Assembly: GCF_009914755.1 (NCBI RefSeq)
Contig: NC_060928.1
Direction: 5' to 3' (one strand)
DNA length: 64,000 nt
Origin: the human T2T-CHM13v2.0 reference genome, Homo sapiens
Shown: piece by piece, positions 1 through 14,069 of the stretch
How the letters are laid out: each line of letters begins with the position of its first letter
Numbering within the stretch: position 1 is the stretch's first letter
The notes under the pieces: model-generated
Told to the model about the DNA's origin: nothing
The model's database searches: none
Seen by the model: only the letters and a program-made list of their open reading frames with translations
Translations under genes and position numbers: made by a program

Positions 1-573
1 GGTAGTCAAGGAAATGACCATGTTCTCAGAATGTAGCAGTCGTGGTGACCATACAGCCAACACAATAAGCCTTAGCATTCGCATTATAATTGAGCTCATT
101 CAAGCAAAACTATCTTCAATAGGGACTTTCCCCTCTAGAGAGCCTACACACTTTGATTTTACCTGTCCTCAAACTTACCCCTTGCTCATTATAATAGTAA
201 AAACCACACCCCTGGGTGGAGATTTAAGATGCTAATGAGAATGTGATAAATGAACAAGCATGTACAGCTACTGCCCATGTGTACCCAGAGGACTACCTAG
301 AACATGCTTGCTAGTAACACCTCTTTATACCTCCTTATGAATAACCATGTAAGGCTCCCATATAAAGGGAGTCTCCCTAGTGCCAGTCTTTGCTGTCTCA
401 CCCTTACAAGCAGCGTGCCCTGAAATCTCCCTCTCAGGGTGTACTGTCTATTCTGTATTATTTTTCTTTTGCCATAAATTGCTCTATGCTGCACTTCCTT
501 TGCTGTGTGTCTTTTGTTTAAATTCTTTTAAACCAAGAAGACAAGATCTGAGGTATCACAGCAGCCATCAACA
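1..573 (+). mobile_element. ERV1-class LTR (5' end outside window; subfamily uncertain)
   Basis: TATAAA at 361, polyA-like CATAAA at 473, U5-like T-rich stretch ending ...catcaaCA. Confidence 0.7.
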
Positions 574-589
574 CTTTGAATGCTGCATC

Positions 590-862
590 CACCAGGGGAG
601 AGGGAAACTTCTTCATGTGACAGAACAGCAGGAAAGCAAACCCTCTCTCATAGGCCACTTTTATAGTGAAGAGCTTTATTCCAGCATGAATCCATTCATA
701 AGGCATTATTTCATTCATGAGGGCAGACCTAACACCTCCCATTAGGCACCACCTCAAGATCTAAACACCTCTCATTAGGCACCATCTCCCAGTGCTGTTG
801 CATGGGGGATTCAGCTCCCAACACAAGAATTTGGAGGGAACAAAAACACTCAAACCACAACA
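590..862 (-). mobile_element. ERVL-MaLR LTR fragment (MST/MLT1A-like) with small internal tandem duplications
   Basis: Motifs aatccattcat...cacctcccattaggc (twice)...gaatttggaggga...caaaccacaaca typical of reverse MaLR LTR. Confidence 0.6.
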
Positions 863-1904
863 ATAAGGGTAGCTGAGCAGAAAGACGAATGAAGCTAGGA
901 TCCCTAATAGTACTGAGGAGCTGATGCACCAGCCCTGGCTTTCTGCTTCTAGGTTTTTTGTTATATGAGGAGCATAAAACTTATGTAAGTTACTGTTTTC
1001 TTGCAGCAAAAGGTAATTCTAACTGCAATGGTCTTTAAGGAAGGAGATGACTTTAGTAGACGGGGTGGAGGAGCAAAGGTATTCTAAGTGAGGGGAAGGG
1101 TTTAAGCAAAGTTTTGCCAGCACAAATAATCACGGTGTGGCTAATGAAGTCAATCTGGTTGAACTGAAACATCTGTTTGGAAAATCCCCTGGGTCCCTCT
1201 GAGCCCCTGTGGCATTACTGGGTAATGATCTTCCTTTCCAAAATGTAAATAGCGAAGTGAGACAATTGGTGATTATTCTTAAGCAAATTATTGCAAAGAT
1301 TTATGAGTCCCTTTCCAGAAGACAGAAACAGGAAGAAAACACGTAGAGTTTGCATATTCCCCCCAACAAAGTCCTTCTTGTCTAAAATTTTTGCTTTCTG
1401 GTTTTAAATGTTTTTATTCAAGAAGAGGAAAACTAATCTGTCCTTCAGTTTTTCAAACTGAGCCTTGTTTGGATGGCTCAATTGAGCATTCCCCAAACAA
1501 GGTAACATGTAGGTCTCCCTGGCTCCTGTTCTCAACTTCTGTTCTTTGGGATGGATTCTCTATTTCTGTTTTTTTGTGATGGCTGCCGAATCATGCTGGC
1601 AGAGACCTGCTACAGGATGTGGACACTCCCTTCTCTGAGGTGCCAGAGGAGCCAGTTCTGGGTTGCTGGATGGCTCAACGCCCCACCAGGCAGAGGATGG
1701 GGCAACGTGCGTGATATCCGGATAACACTTTGGGGCTGCATTTGATGGGAAATAAAAAGATCATCATTTTTTCATGTGTCTGTTTCTTTGTTTTCTAACA
1801 TTTCTATTTTTTGTATGTGATAAATGTCACTGGAGACCCCAGAGGGAAGAATCCTGAGTTAATTCAGGTCCTGAAATACTATTCAAAAGAATGTGGTACA
1901 TATT

Positions 1905-1980
1905 TCTGCTTGGCTATCCCAACTGCCATTTTCAGCTCTATTCTGTCTTGCCACCTTTTACTTTAAGGTCTAGAAAAGTT

Positions 1981-2029
<49 letters not shown>

Positions 2030-2456
2030 TATATATACATATATATACACACATATATATATATATATATATGTGTGTATATATATATGAATATCTGTCC
2101 AGACTCTTTTAAAGCTTGGGGTTGTCGTTTGACATAATTCTAGCCAATGATATGTCTCTGCGGAAGTTTTCTGGGAGCTCTGGTTAAGGTTGTTTTTTTT
2201 GTTTTTTTTTCTGGAAAAGGCAGACACATACTGCTAGTGGATGTGATGTCTGGAGGTGTAGCAGCCACCTTGAGACGATGTGGTGATAAGCATGAAGGTA
2301 AGGCCTAGAAAATATCAGAGACTTTGGCCTTGGCACATCAAACCACTGAACTAAAGGCAGGAATTACCCAGCTCTAAACATCTTATAATGTGTTAAATAT
2401 AAATCTAGACCCTCATTTTCTGTTACTTGTGATTGAAGGCATTCTTAATGGGTACA
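1905..2456 (+). mobile_element. Old MLT1 LTR, interrupted by a microsatellite
   Basis: ctagccaatga, gatgtgatgtctggaggtgtagcagccaccttg and terminal ctgttacttg...gcattcttaatgggtaca motifs. Confidence 0.55.
1981..2088. repeat. polyA + (TA)n/(CA)n compound microsatellite
   Basis: Seen directly. Confidence 0.95.
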
Positions 2457-3026
2457 GGTGGGTTGGTTTGGGAAACCTCAAATTATAGACTAGAAGATTT
2501 GGATTTTTAAACTTTTCCACAATAACTACTTAAGACCCATAAGGACTTATATTGGAAACATTTCTGCTAAGTCCTCTGCTTCTGGAAAGGGCAGCCCTAG
2601 ACATCACAAGACATCACATAATATAGTCCTTGAAACAGCTCATGGAAACCTGACTCAAGAGGTGTGTGTCAGGGTTAGGGCAGAGTATTGCCTGTGCTGA
2701 GCCAATCAGATTTCTCTCTATGTGTCTATAATTTGAAACAGGAGGCCAGAGAATGATGGCATCTGACGATGACCATAGAAACTGGGAGTTCAAGGTCTAG
2801 GGTCAGGGATACCCCACAAGCAATAGACCCAGGAATCGGTATAGAGAGAAGAGAATGGAGCACTTGCACTGAGGGAGAACAAGGAGTGAGAGGCACCCTC
2901 AGCTTCCAGGGATTCCCAGTGTCCAGCTCCACTTCCTGTTAGCTCCTGCTCCATTTCTTGCCCTTGAGTACCTTGAACACTTCCTGTGTGGCAAATTAAA
3001 AATGGATATGAAGTGTTTGCGGCTCC

Positions 3027-3240
3027 TGTTATGAGCTGAATGTCTGTGGCTCCCACTCCCTGCCAACTTCGTATGTTGAAGCCTTGGCCCCCAATGTGGC
3101 TGTATTTGAAGACGGGGCCTCTAACCATGTAATTAAGGTTACAGGAGGTCATGAGGATGGGACCCTGACCTGACAGGGTTCATGTCCTTATAAGAAGAGG
3201 TCCCGGAGAGCTTGCTGTCTCTCTCACCACACATGGACAA
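3027..3240 (+). mobile_element. MLT1A/B-like LTR 5' part
   Basis: tgttatgagctgaatgt...tatgttgaagcct...aatgtggctgtatttgaagacggggcct...gtccttataagaagagg. Confidence 0.7.
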
Positions 3241-3244
3241 TGAA

Positions 3245-4010
3245 CACCCATGAACACACCGTGTAACAAGCACCCAGGTCAAGAAAGAACATTTGCACCA
3301 CTGTAAAACGTCCCTTGTACCTTTTCCTGTAACTGCCCCGCAAGGATAACTACATCCTGGTTTCTAACACCACAGAGTGGTTTTTTGCCTCTTTTGAACT
3401 TTGTGTGCCACAAAGTTTTATGTGTACCACATATTTTTGAATAGCATTTATTTCAGGACCTGAATTAATTCAGAATTCTTCCCTCTATGGTCTCCAATGA
3501 CATGTACTTAATATATATAAATGGAACCACACTTCATTAACTTTTTTGTATTTGGCTTTTTCAGATCAACATTGTGTTTGCAAGATTCATTCCTGTTGTG
3601 TGCTATAATTTTCTCATTCTTATTGCTACCCAGTGTTTTGTTGTGTGAATATATCATAATTTGTTTCTTTATCTACTCTTAATAGGCATTTGGGTACTTT
3701 CCAGTTTGGGATTAATAAGAGTAACGCTGCTACATTCTTGTACATGCCTCTTGGCGAATCTGTGTGCACATTTCTCTTAGGTATGTTTAAGGAGTGGATG
3801 GCTGAGTCATAGGTTACGCATGTGCTCAGCATTAGTAGTTGCTACCAACAAAAATTTCCACAGTGATTGTCAAAACAGACAGTCTCCCAAGGTATGAGAC
3901 TTCTGGTCACTCCGCAGCCTTGCCAACACTTGGTGTTTATTTTTTTTCCATTTTAGCCAGTCTGGTGGGGGTGAGAAGACACTGTGTTGTGGTTTTAGAT
4001 GTACTTTTTT
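3245..4010 (-). mobile_element. Old L1M 3' region fragment, interrupted at ~3403-3510
   Basis: gggtactttccagtttgggattaat...catttctcttaggtatg...gagtggatggctgagtcatagg...ccttgccaacacttgg typical of antisense L1M. Confidence 0.75.
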
Positions 4011-5649
4011 AAAAAATTGGTGTGAGATGGCCCTTACTGTCAGTGGTACTACTACTACTTCATCTACATGGTACTGAAGGGGCCAAGTTAATTTAAATTT
4101 CTTAAATAGCTCTCCACTACTTTTGTGATTGGGCTAAAACTCTATAAACTTTTCTCCCACCATCACCCCCAGGTGCCATCACTTCAGTCACACTGAGCAT
4201 CTGCTGTTCTCATTCTTTTCCCAGATTTAGTCCTTCCTTTGTGCTGTTCTCTCTAGAATCCCATTCTCCAACACCAGGAAGCCTCTCCTGACTGTCCTGG
4301 CTTAGCTGCTGATAATATGCCAAAATGGCCAATTTGCTTATTTACATCCATCCGTTCTTCAAGGGAAAAGGCAATTTATGTGGTTGTCATAAGATATGAA
4401 CAGCAAATGTTTGTTTAATGAATGACAGTGAACAAATAAATGCATTAATATGGAATATTTGGAAATAAGAGCAAATGTAAAGACTTATCTAAGAGGGATT
4501 TTTAGTAATAATAATGATAATGATAAAATATTCTATGTTTCCTTTTGCTTAACTGGCTTAAGCAAAGGGTTAGTTCTTTTTCTGTTCAATTCCAGTATTG
4601 AAAGAATTTTAAGAGATGCTCCAGGCTTATGCAAGGTTCACTTCCTTTAATCCTAACACTTACTCAGTGGGACATGAAGAAACTGATTAAAGCAGGTGAC
4701 TCACTACTGGTCTCAATGAGAATCTTTTTTGAACCCTGTCCTGACAGCCTGGTGGGCAGAGAGGTTTGATGTCCTTTTCACTATCTTTAGGCTCAAACAT
4801 GTTCAATACAAGTTCTATTGCTTGGTATTTCCCTCTAGATTTCCTCCACAGGGAAGCTCTTATAATCCAAGAATCATCTATAGAGCAATAAGTTACCAGT
4901 GGGACATCTGATTCATCTTTAAATGTCAGAACACCGTGATTCTTATTGAACAATAGTACTTGGTTGGCTCCAAACCCAAGAGTACTGATGGATGAATCTG
5001 TTGGCCAGACTTAAGAAGCAACATTCTGAAGCAGTTACCAATGTATGCCACTGATAGCAGATTAAAACAGGAAGAGGAAATCTTGAATTTGTAACCCCAA
5101 TGGGGCTACCAGCTTGATTTCTCCAACTTTAGTCAGGATTGGTTGAGACAAAAATCACCGGCTAGTGAAACTCATTTATTACAGTTGTTTTAAAACCACA
5201 ATGGTCTTTAAACATTCTTTTCTTACTCTAAAATGTAAAAAAAAAAAAAAAAATAGAGAATTCAACATATAACCCTGTGAAAGCTCATTTGTTCTTGGAA
5301 GACAACTCACCCCCACTACATCCATCTAATTACTGTGAGCACCACAAGAGGAGGGAGCAGGTCTTCTCCATTTCCACACTCTCCCGGTGCCGGGGCCAGA
5401 GCCTGGACTTAACAGATGTCCAATCCCTGCTTGTTGAGTGAAATAGCATTTATGCCCATGTGTTGGCTGGCTGACTGATTTTGTTTTTGCCAAGTAGCAA
5501 CTTTGAAGCACAATTCAGTGCTTTTTTTACATTCTGAAGGAACTAATTGCTTAGCATCCCAAGTAGATTTTACTGATAGGTTTTTAGGGAAAAGAGAGAA
5601 AATAGTTTACAGTGCATGCAGCATTTCATTCCCCAAATATCCACCAAAC

Positions 5650-5654
<5 letters not shown>

Positions 5655-5700
<46 letters not shown>
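5655..5700. repeat. (CT)n microsatellite
   Basis: About 23 perfect CT units. Confidence 0.97.
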
Positions 5701-5705
<5 letters not shown>

Positions 5706-6210
5706 AGCTTTACACACTGAATTCCCTCTGTTTGAAAGCAGAGCCTCCCTCTTAGGAGTTTATGCTTTCTAAGAAGTAAAATAAATATCCATGAAAGACA
5801 ATTTTTGGTGGCATTTTTAATGATTTTAGATAATTCCCAGAAACAACATAATAACAAGTCTTGGGTTAAGAAAACTATTTCCTTTAATTTTTTTTCTCCT
5901 TTTATTATGTCTCCTTTTCTCCCCCATGCCCTTCATTTTTCTTTTCTTTTCTCTTTTTTCTTTTCTTCCTTCTTTTTTTCTTCGTTGCCCCTCTCCCTTC
6001 CTCTCTCTTTCTTTCTTTCTTTCTTCAAAAAGGGAGCAGGACTCAGTCTCAGAGCCTAGATGAGGCAGCAGTTTCTAGCTAGACTTTAAGAACTGAAATT
6101 TCTTCAGGGAGTATTTATTTTCTGATATATAAAATTATACTGGCTTTTATTTTAACATAAAAATAAAATAAAATCAAAAACAAAATAAACCCTCCTTTTA
6201 AAAAATTTAA

Positions 6211-6403
6211 GGCTGGGTATGGTGGCTCACACCTATAATCCCAGCACTTTGGGAGGCCAAGGCAAGTGGATCGCTTGAGCCCAGGAGATCCAGACCAGCC
6301 TAGGAAACATAGTGAGACCCCCATCTCTACTAAAAATAGAAAAATTAGCTGAATGTGGTGCTGCTCACCTGTAGTCCAGCTACTTGGGAGGCTGAGGTGG
6401 GAG
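6211..6403 (+). mobile_element. AluJ, 3'-truncated
   Basis: Alu left arm with gcttgagcccagg, ends in the right arm at gaggtgggag. Confidence 0.9.
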
Positions 6404-6599
6404 TCTCCCCTCTGGCCTGTGTTGTAGCTATGATCCTACACAGCTAGGCTTGGCTCTTGATAAGTAAAGGGGAACTTTTCCAATGTAGAGAAACCCTTTT
6501 CTCCTGAAAAAAAAAAAAAAGAAAAAAAAAGAAAAGCCTTGGATTCAACACTACTGTCTCCCTAGGGACTCTAGAAAATCAACTTTGAGACTCAAAACT

Positions 6600-6722
6600 G
6601 TTTTTTAAAAAGAAAAAAAACACTTCAGCCAAATTAAATTTAAAGGAGTTTAATTGAACAATGAACAATTTGCGAATTGGGCAGCCCCCAGAATCACAGC
6701 AGATTCAGAGAGACTCCAGGGG
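6600..6722 (-). mobile_element. ERV1 LTR 3'-end fragment (MER57-like)
   Basis: cttcagccaaattaaatttaaaggagtttaattg...gggcagcccccagaatcacagcagattcagagagactcc. Confidence 0.6.
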
Positions 6723-7149
6723 AAATCTCTGAGCAGTGGCCTCCTGTTGTGAACTTCACCAGTGCACATTCTTATTGCTGCTTTTCAAAGAAGCCATGTG
6801 CAGCCAGGGGAGATGTCCGCCCTTATCCCTGCCACTGTCCTTGTCAGGTCATTGCCAGGCAGGACTGAATTCAAATGTCCATTCCAATTTGCATACCGTG
6901 TGTAAGCTACCCATGATTTCTGAGCCTTACTTTTATCTTAATTGTAAAATGGGCATGATGATACTGATCTCAAAGAGTCATTGTGAATGTTGAAAATAAA
7001 GGAATTCGTGTATGTAAAGAGATGGTTACTGAGTTGTATTCCAAAAATACAAATGATACAAAAGCAATTACTTAGACTAGAATCCAAACTTCTCTTCATA
7101 GCCTGTAAGGTCTTTCACAGTCTGGTTCTTGGGCACCCTCGACATTTAC

Positions 7150-7942
7150 AGGGTTTTTATCTCTAACCAACCAATTCTCTGACACCAACTGGGTGTCCTA
7201 CAATTCAATTTTGACATTAACTACCTGGAGTAAGTCTCTGACTCCAAAGGTTTAAGGGCTTGGTCTCCCAAGACTGCCCTCATCTGAGATGCCAATTGCA
7301 AGTGACCAGTTCCATTTCTTCCAACTTGGCTACAAAGTTGAGGATTTCCATCACCCTCCCCCTGCCTCAGGTTCAGGTTCAATAATTTGCTAGAATGACT
7401 CATAGAACTCATGCAAACATTCTATTTACTATTAAAGTTGATTATAAAGGACGCAAATGAACAGTCAGATGAAGAGGTACATAGGGTGAGGTCCCAAGTG
7501 CAGGAATCTCTGTTTCCACGGGGTTGAGGTGCACCATCCTCTTGGCACATGGAAGTGTTTGCAAACTTGGAAGCCTCTCAACTCATTGTTTAGGGGTTTT
7601 TATGGAGATTTCATTATGTAGACATGATTGAGTAAATTATTGGCCATTGGAGATTGGACTCAATCTCCAACATCTCTCCCCTCCCCGAGGTTAGTTGAAA
7701 ACTCCAAGCTTATAACAAAGGCTTAGTCTTTCTGGTGACCAGCCCCCATCTTGAAGCTATCCAGGGGTCCTCCAAGAGTAGTCTTATTAGCATAAACTGA
7801 GATATGGGTGAAAGGGGCTCCTTAAGAACAGCAAAAGACATTCCTCTCACCTCTGTTACTCAGGAAATTCTAAAGGCTTTGGGAGCTCTGTGCCAGAAAC
7901 CCTAGACAAGGGCTATTTTAAGAAATATAATTATTATGTTAC
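7150..7942. mobile_element. MER21-like LTR
   Basis: caattctctgacaccaactgggtgtcctacaattcaatt...ataatttgctagaatgactcatagaactca...caggaaattctaaagg. Confidence 0.7.
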
Positions 7943-8710
7943 AACCTCTTTTCCTCTTCTCCTGCTCCCTCTCCTACCACTCTGTCTCCTTGCTTGAATA
8001 CATGAAAAACATTCTCCACAAGGAACTCCATTTATGCTGTTTCCCTTCCCAAGACATCTGTCCCCCAAGGCACGTTTTCTCACTTCACTCTGGTCTCTGC
8101 TGAAAGGTCAGCTCCTCAGGAAGCCACTGCCAACTACTCTATCCAAAAGATCCCCTGGGCTCTCTACACCCCATTCTTCTTTGTCTGTTTTTGTAGTAAT
8201 TATGACTGCCTGACATTATTAGGTTAGCTTTTTTTTTCATCTCCATCCTCAAAAATAATATAAACTCCATGAGGGTAGAAGCTTTGTTTTCTCCACTATG
8301 AGAATCAAGATCAGCTCCTGACACATGATAGGAGTTCAACAAATATTGGTTTAATGGAAGAAGGAATGATTTGGTTCTGCTCTAAAAGATGAATGGGGTT
8401 TGGGTCAAGTGTCCTGCTTGATGTATCCTGGGATTGAGGCAAAACACAACTTCTCAAACTTGGATTTCAGAGTAACTGGGGAGAGGGTGAGGAGGTCTTT
8501 CCCATTCCCTTCCTTTCCCTCTTGCCACTCAATGACCCCCAGAAAAGGCAATGCTGCAAAGATCTCTTCCGGCCTGACCTGCTCTCACTTGAAGTGGTTC
8601 TTCCTCACTTGAGGTTAGCCAACTGCCCAGGGGTTGGCAGGAAGTATCAACCTGATCATTCAATTCCTCTGGGAGGAGTCCTTTCCCTGTGATCTCTTTG
8701 AGGATACATT

Positions 8711-9475
8711 ATTAATGAGCAATCAATGGGCTCACTGCCCAAGGCACATAGAAGCCAACATCATGCCACTGGCTTTTGAGAAAAGGAAAGATTTATTGCA
8801 AGTCAACTAGCAAGAAGACAAGAGGAAGTGCTCAAATCTGTCTCTCTGAGTTTGGGGTTGGGTCAGGTTTTATAAGCATAAGGTAATGAGGTGTGATCTG
8901 ATTGGATCTTTCAGTGAGGTGATGATCTGACTGGGTCCTGCCATGGGGAAATGCCAGGGATTGATCTGATTGGATCCTCTGTTTCTTCTTCTCCCTCTCC
9001 TTCTCCTCCTTTTTCTTTTGAGACAGGGTGGTGCTCTGTTGCCCAGGTTGGAGCACATGGCATGACCATGGCTCACAGCAGCCTTGACCTCCTGGGCTCA
9101 AATGATGCTCTTGCCTCAGCCTCTTGAGTAGCTGGGGCCATAGTTGTGTGCCACCACAACCAGTTAAGTTTTTATTTTTTATTTTGTAGAGACTAGGTCT
9201 TGCTCTGTTGCCCAGGCTGGTCTCAAATTCCCAGGCTCTAGTGATTCTCCTGCCTCAACCTCCCAAAGTGTTGGGATTCCAGTAGTGAGCCATTGCATCT
9301 TCCCAGTGTCCACTTCTTAATTCAGTCTTTGCTCTCAGTCTGAGAACAGGTACCAGCATGTTTGCACACTTGGTTGATCTGGGCATGCTCAGGTTATCTG
9401 ACATTTAAGCCGGGGGGCCATGGCAACTGAAAAACAATTCACAACTTTGTTACATAAAAGTTGAACCAGATTAGA
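8711..9475 (-). mobile_element. ERV1-class LTR interrupted by AluJ
   Basis: gcacatagaagccaa...gagaaaaggaaagatttattgc, repeated gatctgattggatc (CCAAT) boxes, ends gttacataaaagttgaaccagatt. Confidence 0.65.
8981..9300 (-). mobile_element. AluJ with CT-rich (degenerate) tail
   Basis: gagacaggg...gcagccttgacctcctgggctcaa...cccaaagtgttgggatt...gtgagcc. Confidence 0.9.
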
Positions 9476-9669
9476 AGAGATACTTAATGTGTATTTGACA
9501 AGTATGTGCCTAGAAGGATACATAAATGAATGAAGACATGAATGAAAGCCATAGCAAAATCCAACACACAAGGATCAACCCATCTATAGTATCTCCAAGA
9601 CAGATGATTCAGGGTCCATTCTTCTGTCTTCAAACTCTCCACTAGCTCAGGTCTCCAAGTCTTGCTATG

Positions 9670-10566
<897 letters not shown>

Positions 10567-10664
10567 CTGGTTATTTCTTTCTAATATCATTTAAATCATT
10601 CCTTTAGTCGCTGTATTTCTTGTAATCTTAGATTCACATTGAACACTTTTGCCCAAAATATTTA

Positions 10665-11455
10665 TATATTAGCTTCCCATTACCACTGTAACATAGTATC
10701 ACAAATTTAGTGGCCCAGAACAAGACAAATTTATCATCTCACACAAATTTATTCTGATTGGGTCCTCAATCCTGCCATGCAGTGTCTGCTGCTTCTTCCT
10801 TCTTCTCCTCCTTCTTCTCTTCTTCTTCCTCTCCTTCTCCTTCTCCTTCTTCTGCTGCTGCTAATGCTTCCTCTTCCATTTCCACTTCCACTTCCACTTC
10901 TTCTTCTCTTCTGCTTCTGCTTCTTCTTCTTTTTTTAGAGACAGGGTTTTGTCCTGTCGCCCAGGCTGGAGTACAGTACTGGAAATATGGCTTGCTGCAG
11001 CCTTAACCTCCTGGGGTCAAGCCAATCTTCCTGCCTCAGCCTCCTGAGTACTTAGAAGCCCTACACAGGTCTCAGCGGACGAAAATCAACATGTCGGCAG
11101 GGCTATGTTCTTTTCTAGGAGTTTCAGGGTACAATCTGTTTCCTTGAGTTTTTTATCTTTTAAAGGCCACCCACATTCCTTGGCTGTAGCCCCATCTTCC
11201 ATCTTTAAAGCCAGCACCATCATCTCTTTTTGTCCATACACATTTCTCTCTGACTACAGCTAGGAAAGGGTCTTCTCTTTTAGGGGTTCATGTAATTAGA
11301 TTGAGCCCAACTAGATATTCAAGATGCCATCCCCATCTCAAGTCCCTTACCTTGATATGGAAATTTTCTTTGGTCGTGGAAGATAACATATATGTAGGTT
11401 CCAGGAATTAGAACATGGACACCCTTGTTGGGGACTGAACAGTATTCTGCCTCCA
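10665..11455 (-). mobile_element. MLT1 (C/D-like) LTR, interrupted at ~10743-11052
   Basis: tattagcttccc...acaaatttagtggc...aaaatcaacatgtcggcagggct...ccaggaattagaacatggaca. Confidence 0.7.
10788..10935. repeat. (CTT/CTC/CTG)n pyrimidine-rich low-complexity tract (expanded Alu tail)
   Basis: Seen directly; abuts an Alu right-arm fragment at 10936-11050. Confidence 0.9.
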
Positions 11456-12099
11456 GCTTCATAGGGGATACTTTTTATGTCATCTTGCTGAGAAGTCCAT
11501 TAGGAAACTGTCATCTTTTAGTGAGGCCAAATTCAGGGCATTTAAGTGTAAATTGGAGAGGGAGGCAGTTAACCAAGCTGTGGGTCTCAGAACTACCTCA
11601 AAGTGGCAGGGAGGGGATTTTAAAAATGTAGCTGTCAGAGCCTCATAACAGAGATTCTAATTCATTAGGTCAGGCCTGGCAGCTGCCATATTTGCCATCC
11701 AGAAGTGGGTGATTCACACCTGCACAAGCCTGGAGCCCATCCCTGAACAACCAGGCACCTGTAGTCCCAGCTACTAGGGAGAGATAACAGGTGGAGGCTC
11801 ATTTTCTTGATCCCCTTCTGAAGTTGGCCTCTCAGGGACACCTCGCTGGTGGAGTCTTTTCCCAATTTGTCAAAAGTCATCAGCAAGAATGAAAGCACAG
11901 ATGACAGTCAAAGCGAATGAATTTTCTAAGGGAAGTGGTTACTGACAGATTTCCTTTCTCAGGGTTGGTGGATTTACTCATCTTGGTCAAAGGCAAGGAA
12001 AAGGTGGGTAGCAACATCTATTTGCCAACTTTTATGGCAATATTTAGTATTTAAATTATATGGATAGATTTTGTTAACAATTTTTTAAATTAAAACGGC

Positions 12100-12650
12100 A
12101 ATACATGAACGTTAAAATTTTTTAATGCAGATGTGTATAAAGTAAAAAGACTTTCCCCCCAGTTATCCTCTTTTAAACAGCTACTGTTATATTTCTTTCT
12201 AGTAATATATTGTGTATATAACAAACATACTTATATAGACATGTCCATATTTTTCTTATACAATTGAGAACATCTTGCACACACACTGTTCTGTATTTTG
12301 CCTTTTCCCCTTGGGCCTGATTTTATATCAGCCCAAAATATCTTCTGCATCCCTTTTCACAATTGCAAACCTTAGATGGATATCTACGATTTATCTTGCC
12401 ACTTCCCAACTAATGTTCTTTTAGGTTGTTTCCAGCTTTCGCTATTACAAACACTACTGCAATAACTAATGTTGCATACATGTCACTTACCACATGTATT
12501 TTAGGGCAATATCCAGAAATGGATCTTCTGAGTTAAAGGGTTGGCTTATTTAAAAGTTTGAATAGATATTACCAAACTTCTTTCTAAAGAGATTGTGGTA
12601 ATCATACTACTACTAACAGAGTCGGAGAGTGCCTGTTTCAAAACATCCTC
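12100..12650 (-). mobile_element. L1ME fragment
   Basis: ttaggttgtttccagctttcgctattacaaac...tgagttaaaggg...gagagtgcctgtttc. Confidence 0.6.
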
Positions 12651-12701
12651 TTTTGTGCCCACACTTAAGCAATAAGAGTCTCAAACTGGAGTCTGTTGCT
12701 A

Positions 12702-13001
12702 TTTTTTTTTTCTTTTGAGACAGAATCTCTTTTGTCACCCAGGCTGGAATGCAGTGGCAATCTCAGCTCACTGCAACCTCTGCCTCCTGCATTCAAGTGA
12801 TTTTCCTGCCTCAGCTTCCCAAGTGGCTGGGATTACAGGTGTGCACCACCACACCTGGCTAATTTTTTTTTCTGTATTTTTAGTAGAGATAGGGTTTCAC
12901 CACGTTGGCCAGGCTGGTCACAAACTCCTGATCTCAAGTGATCTGCCCACCTTGGCCTCCCAAAGTGCTGGGATTATAGGTGTGAGCCACAGCACCCAGC
13001 C
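12702..13001 (-). mobile_element. AluS full length
   Basis: Both arms; TSD-like ctggagtctgtt on both sides. Confidence 0.95.
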
Positions 13002-13660
13002 TGGAGTCTGTTTTTATAGGTGCCCCTTGTCCAGGGCTCAAGCTTTGTGAGTATAGGGGAAAGAGCACTGGTCTAAAAATCAGAGCTTCTATGTCCTGGT
13101 CATGGCTCTCTAATTCCCTAAAAGACTGAGCAAGTTATTTCCACTCTCTGGTACTCCAGTTTCTCATCTGATGAAAAGAGCTTTGACCTAGAGAAATGCT
13201 GAATGATTCCAAATCTGTGGTTCCCATCTGATGTGGCAATTGCCAATCACCACAATGTATAAAAGAAGCTCAATCAATGTCTCATTATGAGCCAACCTCC
13301 ACGTTTAAGTGCCCTGTGAGATGCCAAAGATGAAGTGTAAGAATTGATCTTTTAAGAAAGATAGCTGGCAAACTTCAAGGAATTGGTGAACCACAAATGA
13401 CTGCAGATAATCAAGTGTCCAGTTGGATGGCATACACTATAGGGACTGAGATTGTTCATGGGAATGAGGCCTGGGTGTAACCAGAGGATTCACGCAGAAA
13501 GATGTCATTTTTCTAAGATTTTACAGATAAGTGGAAATTGACCCAGCAGTGGTGGTAGAAAGGAAGCTGTGGTCACAGTGGGCCACAGAAGTCAGGGCAT
13601 GGAGGTGTGCAAGTCCAATCAACATGATGAAACAAGGTGCTGGAGTGTGGGAAAGCCTCT

Positions 13661-14023
13661 TGATATGGTTTGGCTGTGTCCCTACCCAAATCTCAACTTG
13701 AATTGTAGCTCCCATAATCCCCACGTGTTGTGGGAGGGACTCACTGGGAGGTTATTGAATCAAGGAGGCAGGTTTTCCCATGCTGTTTGTATGATAGTGA
13801 ATAAGTCTCACTAGACCTGATGGATTTATAAAGGGCAGTTCCCCTGCACACGTTCTCTTGACTGTCACCATGTAAAATGTGCCGTTCCTCCTCCTTCGCC
13901 TTCCGCCATGATTGTGAAGCCTCCTCAGTCATGCAGATGTATGAGTCCATTAAACCTCTTTTTCTTTATAAATTACCCAGTCTCAGGCATTTCTTCATAG
14001 CTGTATGAAAATGGACTAAAACA
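13661..14023 (+). mobile_element. THE1 (THE1B-like) solo LTR
   Basis: Starts tgatatggtttggctgtgtcc, ends ataaattacccagtctcagg...aatggactaaaaca. Confidence 0.92.
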
Positions 14024-14069
14024 ACCCACACCAAATATGGTCGTGCCTTATCACTTGTTTGCCCAATTG

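Noticed and set aside
4660-5245. Non-repeat-looking stretch followed by an A-run, considered as a processed pseudogene
   Set aside because: No recognisable parent protein in any frame and no TSD found.
10758-11006. Poly-Ser/Leu ORF
   Set aside because: Translation of the CTT-rich tract plus Alu.
12715-13050. Alu-derived ORFs here and at 10213, 32866, 35880, 42136, 53385, 59325
   Set aside because: Standard Alu translation artefacts.
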